Assembly: GCA_030740155.1 (NCBI GenBank) | Contig: JASLXV010000032.1 | Coordinates: 32,001 to 96,000, forward strand | DNA from: Dehalococcoidia bacterium | GTDB lineage: Bacteria; Chloroflexota; Dehalococcoidia; Lucifugimonadales; UBA3495 | DNA: 64,000 nucleotides | Reading direction: 5' to 3' | Shown: piece after piece, positions 58,690 through 64,000 of the stretch | Position numbering within the stretch: position 1 is the first letter of the stretch | Layout: every line of letters begins with the position of its first letter | Made by a program: the position numbers and the translations under genes | Notes under the pieces: generated by a model | Database searches by the model: none | What the model was told of the DNA's origin: nothing | Seen by the model: only the letters and a program-made list of their open reading frames with translations

Positions 58690-59472
58690 TTATCGCTCCC
58701 GGACCACCGGGTTCCGCAGGACCCCGATTTCGCTGATCTCAACCTCGACGATGTCGCCGTCCTTCATGTTCTCGCCGGCCCCCTCGGTGCCCATCCAGAG
58801 GACGTCGCCGGGGTGCAGGGTGAGGTACCGGCTCATCGCACTGATGTAGGCTCGCACCCCGAAAATAGCGGTGCCCGCGACATACTCGATCGCCACCCGC
58901 CCGCTGAGAGTGACCTTGACGCGGAGGGCATCGGGGTTCAGGCCCGTGACGATCCAGGGGCCCATGGGCTTGAAGGTGTCGGTATTCTTGGCCCGCCACA
59001 GGGTCCGGTCGCCTCGCTGCCAGGTGCGCTCGCTGACGTCGTTGCCGATGGTGTAGCCGAGCACGTAGTCCAGGGCCTCTTCTTCGGTGACGTTCTTGCA
59101 CGTCTTGCCGATGACCGCCACCAACTCGCCTTCGTACTGCACCTTCTCCGTCGCGTCCTTGGGTATGATGATGGGCTCATCCTGGGCGATCAGCGCATTG
59201 GCCGCCCGGTAGCCTACGTCAGCTTGCTTGGGCAGGTTGGGTTGGGTGCCCACCTGCTGGGCCGCCCAGGTGACGTGCTCCGGGTAGTTGATCCCGGCGG
59301 CGTAGAACGTGGGAGGAATCACCGGGACCTCCAGCTTAACCGAGCTGAGGGGCTGGGAGTTGGAGGTCCGGGTGTAGCTATCAAAAGGGCTTCCTTCGAC
59401 CTCGATGACGGTATCGCCCTCGATGATGCCGTAGACCACCTTTTCCCCAGTCTTGAACCTGCACCATTTCAT
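58690..59472 (-). CDS. Fumarylacetoacetate hydrolase family protein
   Basis: YEGELVAVIGK, GYTIGNDVSER, AKNTDTF.PMGPW, TLHPGDVLWMGT. Confidence 0.95.
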   Translation of the reverse strand: MKWCRFKTGEKVVYGIIEGDTVIEVEGSPFDSYTRTSNSQPLSSVKLEVPVIPPTFYAAGINYPEHVTWAAQQVGTQPNLPKQADVGYRAANALIAQDEPIIIPKDATEKVQYEGELVAVIGKTCKNVTEEEALDYVLGYTIGNDVSERTWQRGDRTLWRAKNTDTFKPMGPWIVTGLNPDALRVKVTLSGRVAIEYVAGTAIFGVRAYISAMSRYLTLHPGDVLWMGTEGAGENMKDGDIVEVEISEIGVLRNPVVRER

Positions 59473-59760
59473 GGCCCATCCTCCTGAAACGACCTTTTCG
59501 GTCCCCGAGTCTGGCCTAGATTGTCACATCAAGCCTCCCAGGGGTCAAGCGGCCCGGCCACGGATAGCAGGACCGGTGGAGCATGCCCCGGCCAAGGCAG
59601 GTGAATACTGGCTAAGGTCGATGATGTTTACTGTGGGAAGGAAGTAATGGACGTGCTCTCCGGTTATCACGGAGAGCCCAGATAGCGGCCCTGGTTTGCC
59701 CGAACGCTTGGCGTATGCTAGGCTCCCCTGGCTGCTTCGATTACAGCTGGGGGAGACACG

Positions 59761-60528
59761 ATGAGACTGCAGGGGAAAACGGCCTTGATCACCGGGGCCA
59801 GCCGGAACATCGGCCGGGAGGTGGCCCTGACCTTTGCCCGGGAGGGCGCCAACCTGGTGCTGAACACCCGGAGCAGCCGGAACGAGTTGGAGGCGGTGGC
59901 CGCCGAGTGCCGCGAAATCGGCGTGAGTGTCCATACCGTCGTGGCCGACGTTTCCGACTCGGGCCAGGTCTCCCGCATGGTGGAGGAGGGCGTCGCCGCC
60001 CTGGGCAAGATCGATATCCTGGTCAGCAACGCCGCGGTCCGGCCCCACAAGCCGGTCCTGGAGGTCTCCGACGAAGAGTGGCGCCAGGTGTTGGGCGTGA
60101 ACCTCGACGCCACTTTCTATCTGTGCCGGGCCGTGTTGCCCGGCATGATCGACCGCCGGTCCGGGAGCATCATCGCCCTGGGCGGCCAGGCGGCCATCAC
60201 CGGCCGTCCGGGCACCGCCGCGGTGACGACGGCCAAGACCGGCCTGCTGGGGCTGATCCGGGCAATCGCGGCGGAGATGGCGCCCCATAATATCCGGGCC
60301 AACCTGGTGAACCCGGGCTCCACCGATACCGAAAGGCGGCATCCCGGCTGGTATCCGGAGTTTAGAGATGTGTCCCGGGGTTCGCCGGAGCACCTGAAGG
60401 CCCTGCCCATGGGAAGGCAGGGCACGGTCCAGGACATCGCCAACGCCTGCCTGTTCTTTGCTTCTGACGAGTCGGCCTACGTCACCGGCGACCGGCTCAA
60501 CGTGGTGGGAGGCCGGTACATCGTCTAG
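59761..60528 (+). CDS. Short-chain dehydrogenase/reductase
   Basis: TGASRNIG, DILVSNAA, NLVNPG; the YxxxK position reads VTTAK. Confidence 0.92.
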   Translation: MRLQGKTALITGASRNIGREVALTFAREGANLVLNTRSSRNELEAVAAECREIGVSVHTVVADVSDSGQVSRMVEEGVAALGKIDILVSNAAVRPHKPVLEVSDEEWRQVLGVNLDATFYLCRAVLPGMIDRRSGSIIALGGQAAITGRPGTAAVTTAKTGLLGLIRAIAAEMAPHNIRANLVNPGSTDTERRHPGWYPEFRDVSRGSPEHLKALPMGRQGTVQDIANACLFFASDESAYVTGDRLNVVGGRYIV

Positions 60529-61529
60529 CCGGCGGCCACCTGCTGCCAGACCAGCGTGGCCGCCCCCACCAGACCGACCGAGTCTCCCAACCGGCTGGCC
60601 ACCAGGCGGAAGTCTTTGTGCCGCTCGCTCATGGCCCGTTGCTCGATCAACGAGTGAATCCGGGGCAGAAGCTCCAGCTCAGTGAGACCCGCCGTCACGC
60701 CCCCGCCCAGGACCAACAGGTCCGGGTTGTACAGGTGCAGGGTGTTGGCGAGGCCCGCGGAGAGCGCCTGGACCATCTTTTCCAGTATGTCCTTGGCCAG
60801 CCCATCGCCCTGGGACGCCGCCCGGAATACGCCCTGGGAGTCGATTGACTCGAGGTCCCCGGTGGCCAGAACGGACCCCGCCGACCCGGGCTCGGCCAGG
60901 CGGGTCCGGGCCGCCAGGGCGATGGCGGTGCCCGACGCCAGGGATTCCAGGCATCCCCGGTTGCCGCACTGGCAGCGGGGCGCCTCACCGCTCAAGTCGA
61001 TTGCCATGTGGCCGATCTCGGCGGCTAGGCCATTGGCGCCCAGGAACATCTTGCCCCGGTCGACCACGCCGCCCCCGATGCCGGTGCTGACCGTCAGGTA
61101 CACCAGGGTCCGGGTCGGGGTCCCGTCAGCCGCCGGCTCCTGGCCCGCCCCGCAATGAAACTCCCCCAGTGCGGCCAGGTTGGCGTCGTTCCCAATCCAC
61201 ACCGGATGACCGAACATGGGCTCCCAAAGCGCTTTCAGGGAGATGCCGTCTAGCTCGGGCAGGTTGGGCGGGTCGTGCAGGGTCCCGGTCGCGGCGTCCA
61301 CCGGGCCGGCGGCGGCGATCCCCACCCCGGCGACCGGCCGGCCGGCGCACCACTCTATCGCCTCACGGAGCAGACCCTCAGCCGACTTCAACAGCCGGGC
61401 CTGGCTGGCCTTCTGGGGGCTGGCCACCCGCGACTGCCACCAGATCTTCCCGTCTCGAGCGATGGCTGCCGCCCGGGTCCAGGTGCCGCCCCAGTCCATC
61501 GCTACCGCCAGTTCCGGCGACTGCGTCAT
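60525..61529 (-). CDS. ROK family sugar kinase (glucokinase-like)
   Basis: DWGGT, NDANLAALGE, STGIGGG, EIGH, CQCGNRGCLE. Confidence 0.94.
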   Translation of the reverse strand: MTQSPELAVAMDWGGTWTRAAAIARDGKIWWQSRVASPQKASQARLLKSAEGLLREAIEWCAGRPVAGVGIAAAGPVDAATGTLHDPPNLPELDGISLKALWEPMFGHPVWIGNDANLAALGEFHCGAGQEPAADGTPTRTLVYLTVSTGIGGGVVDRGKMFLGANGLAAEIGHMAIDLSGEAPRCQCGNRGCLESLASGTAIALAARTRLAEPGSAGSVLATGDLESIDSQGVFRAASQGDGLAKDILEKMVQALSAGLANTLHLYNPDLLVLGGGVTAGLTELELLPRIHSLIEQRAMSERHKDFRLVASRLGDSVGLVGAATLVWQQVAAG

Positions 61530-61712
61530 ATTCTCCCCACTCTGGGCGCAAGATTGCTAGTTTTCATGATAGCAGTTCACCGCTTGGTTCGCGAAGCCGC
61601 CCAAGACGAGGTGATTCGAGGAGGTTTATCCTAACAGTTCCGAAAGGGCTGCTTCCAAGATTGCGCCACGATGTTTTGGCCGGGGGTGCCGGATGCGGAG
61701 GCCTCGCCGCCG

Positions 61713-62345
61713 TCAGTCCCGGCCGCCGCCGGAGCCGTCGCCGCCGCCAGTGCCGCCGCCGGAGCCGCTGCCGGTTCCACGGGCAGGCTCCGCGGCCAGC
61801 AATTCGTCCAGGGCCGCCCGCAACGAGGCGGCGTTCATCGGCCCCACGAATTTCTTCACCAAAAGCCCGCCGCCGTCGATGAGGAATTTCTCCGGAATAC
61901 CCCTGACGCCATAGTCGATGGCGATGGTCCCCCTGGCGTCGATGCCGTTGGGGTAGGTGACGCCGTAACGCTCCAGGTAGGCCTCGGCGTCATCCCTGCG
62001 GTCCCAGATGTCGACGCCGATGAATTCAACGCCTCGATTCCGGTATTCCAGGTATGCCTGGGCCAGGATTGGGGCCTCCTTGCGGCAAGGGGGGCACCAA
62101 GACGCCCAGAAATCAAAGAGCAGGACGTGGCCCCGCAGGCTGGACAGGGTCACCGTGGAGCCGTCGAGCAACTCCAGGGAGAACTCTGGGGCGGCGTCAC
62201 GATCGACCTGGATTTCGCCGTAAGCATTGTTGACTCCCAGGCCGCCCGGGCTGCCGCCCGACTCGACCAACGCCCAGGCCAGCAGCGCAATCAATCCCAA
62301 CACCGGGATTGAGGAGCCCAGCAATATCCAGCCTCGTTTGCTCAA
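61713..62345 (-). CDS. Membrane-anchored TlpA/ResA-like thiol-disulfide oxidoreductase
   Basis: N-terminal TM segment, FWASWCPPC, YGVRGIPE. Confidence 0.92.
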   Translation of the reverse strand: MSKRGWILLGSSIPVLGLIALLAWALVESGGSPGGLGVNNAYGEIQVDRDAAPEFSLELLDGSTVTLSSLRGHVLLFDFWASWCPPCRKEAPILAQAYLEYRNRGVEFIGVDIWDRRDDAEAYLERYGVTYPNGIDARGTIAIDYGVRGIPEKFLIDGGGLLVKKFVGPMNAASLRAALDELLAAEPARGTGSGSGGGTGGGDGSGGGRD

Positions 62346-63625
62346 CTCTCCAACTCACTCTCTTTGCCGTCTGGCCGCTCCCGTTCTCCCGGCGGCGCTT
62401 GATCCTCCCCGCCCTTGGGCTGAGGAGTCTCCAATATCCGGTTCTTCAGCCGGTCTCGCTGGGGCCGGTATTCCTCCTCCGGCAGGTCCCCTCGCTGGAA
62501 CCCCTCGTCGAGGGCCGCTATCTCGTGGATCAGGGAGGCTCGCTGTGGCGGCTCCCGGCCGATCCCCTCGGGGGCGGCTGCCACGGAGGGAACGGCCCTC
62601 CGCGAAGCGCCGGTTATCCCGAGCAGCAACAGGATGGCCAGGACCGCGCCGGCGGCCCCAGGCACGGCCGCCCGCCAGAGGGCGGCACTGCTGGCCGATT
62701 TGCCGAGACGCGTCGCCAGACCGGGCTCGGGAAGGTTCGACAGCTCCAGGACCAGGTCCTGGCCGATCTGGAAATCCCTACCCTGCCAGACCCGGTAGAA
62801 GGACCCTTCGATGTTTACCGTTGGGGCCGGTTCCAGAGGAGCGACCTGGATCGAAGCCATCTGCTCGGGCACCAGCACCTGGAATAGGGCCGATCCCTGG
62901 ATAAAGCTCTGCCGGTAGGAGGCCCGGTCACCCCGGTAGGAAAAGCGGAAAGAGAAGTCGACCGCGTGTTCTCCGGGGACCACGGCTGAATCGATGGCGA
63001 ATCCGGTGCCGGTGGGCAGGATATCTCCACCGGGCAGGTCCGACTGCACGCTGAGGTCCTCGGCCAGGGGCGGCAGCGAGAAGCCCAGGAAGCCCTCCCC
63101 CCCCACCTCCACGGGACCGGGCAGGAAGGTGCGGTCGCTCGGGTTTTTCAGTCTCACGAACTCGAAGGCCGATATCTCCCGGTTCTTCTCATCTACACCG
63201 GCGATCAGCAGGGCCTGGAGGCTCACCGTCAGGACTGACGGGTCCTGGGTCGTCTCGTACACGGTGAGCCGGACCTCATCAACCAGTTCATTCGGGCCCA
63301 GCTCCTCGGTATAGAACACTCCTTGGTAGTCTACGCTGAGGAGGTAGCGCCCTCCTTCCAGCAGGGGCACCTGGTCGAAACGAAAGCTGGCGCCATCGCC
63401 GATCGTCGTCTGGTCCGCCGTTCTCAGGTTTCCCGCCTGGTCGGAGGCCAGCAGGAATACCGGGAGGTCCGGAGGGGTTGCCGCGCCGCTGGTGCCGTTG
63501 GACACTGTTCCTTGGATCGTGATCGTTTCCTGGGCGTTGCTCGTGTCCGGACCTCCCGCCGCGAGGGCCAGGGTCAGAGCCGTGATCAGCACGGCCAGCC
63601 GTATGCCCAACCGCCGGCCCCTCAT
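62342..63625 (-). CDS. Exported membrane-anchored protein, possibly linked to cytochrome c maturation
   Basis: Signal peptide, beta-rich body, C-terminal TM and EIAALDE.FQRG...EEEYR helix; overlaps both neighbours by 4 bp. Confidence 0.65.
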   Translation of the reverse strand: MRGRRLGIRLAVLITALTLALAAGGPDTSNAQETITIQGTVSNGTSGAATPPDLPVFLLASDQAGNLRTADQTTIGDGASFRFDQVPLLEGGRYLLSVDYQGVFYTEELGPNELVDEVRLTVYETTQDPSVLTVSLQALLIAGVDEKNREISAFEFVRLKNPSDRTFLPGPVEVGGEGFLGFSLPPLAEDLSVQSDLPGGDILPTGTGFAIDSAVVPGEHAVDFSFRFSYRGDRASYRQSFIQGSALFQVLVPEQMASIQVAPLEPAPTVNIEGSFYRVWQGRDFQIGQDLVLELSNLPEPGLATRLGKSASSAALWRAAVPGAAGAVLAILLLLGITGASRRAVPSVAAAPEGIGREPPQRASLIHEIAALDEGFQRGDLPEEEYRPQRDRLKNRILETPQPKGGEDQAPPGERERPDGKESELES

Positions 63626-64000
63626 GCTGAAGCTGGATCCGAGGGGCCGGACTTTTCGCCGCACTCGGGGCAGGCGCCGCTGCCCGGCGCCGAAGCCGCT
63701 CCGCAGCCGGGACAAGGGCGTGAGATTCCACCGGATCCCCATAGTTCCGACCGGGCTGCCAGTACTTCCTGCTCCAACGCCCAGTCGGGATCGCTTTCCC
63801 GCTCCTTCACCACTTGCCGCAGCGCGGTGGCGGCCTGGAGGCGGTAACCCTGAAGCTGTTCCCGGTATAGCTGGTCCGGCACCTGCCCCAACTCGTGCTC
63901 CAGCCGCAGGATGCGAATGGCCTCGTAAATGGCCTCCAACTCCGGCGCTTCCTGATCCACTGCAACCACCGGACCCTCACCCCAATTCCTCGAACGAGAC
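63622..64000 (-). CDS. Zinc-ribbon protein, C-terminal part (possibly CcmI-like; continues past window end)
   Basis: AIRILRLEHELG...Y helix and CPGCG...CPECG double CxxC. Confidence 0.7.
   Translation of the reverse strand, partial: SRSRNWGEGPVVAVDQEAPELEAIYEAIRILRLEHELGQVPDQLYREQLQGYRLQAATALRQVVKERESDPDWALEQEVLAARSELWGSGGISRPCPGCGAASAPGSGACPECGEKSGPSDPASA

Overview
High-GC bacterial window; gene content and intergenic repeat families suggest Chloroflexota, probably Dehalococcoidia/SAR202-like (inference). Bases 1-15162 form a co-directional minus-strand CoA-ester catabolic cluster: two activator ATPases plus two 2-hydroxyacyl-CoA dehydratase/benzoyl-CoA reductase-type subunits, five class III CoA-transferase genes (four from a tandem duplication of a two-gene unit), an FAD oxidoreductase and two acyl-CoA dehydrogenases. 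The middle carries housekeeping genes (lepB, tRNA-Ser(GGA), PIN/TRAM-ispD-ispF-cysS, sat, nadE), a frameshifted DUF2851-like gene and two desulforedoxin-like microproteins behind sat that are missing from the ORF track. About 44.6-55.2 kb looks like an accessory patchwork: an AtuA-like/DUF4387-like pair, enoyl-CoA hydratase, CDF transporter, hydrolases, a surface lipoprotein, gene relics and a duplicated sigma70 promoter. The end has metabolic genes and part of a probable cytochrome c maturation locus. Intergenic DNA holds several palindromic REP/MITE-like families, a 5 x 28-bp degenerate tandem array and recurrent 13-bp tandem duplications. No CRISPR array, rRNA, integrase or intact transposase was seen. 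All family calls come from motif recognition by eye, not database searches.
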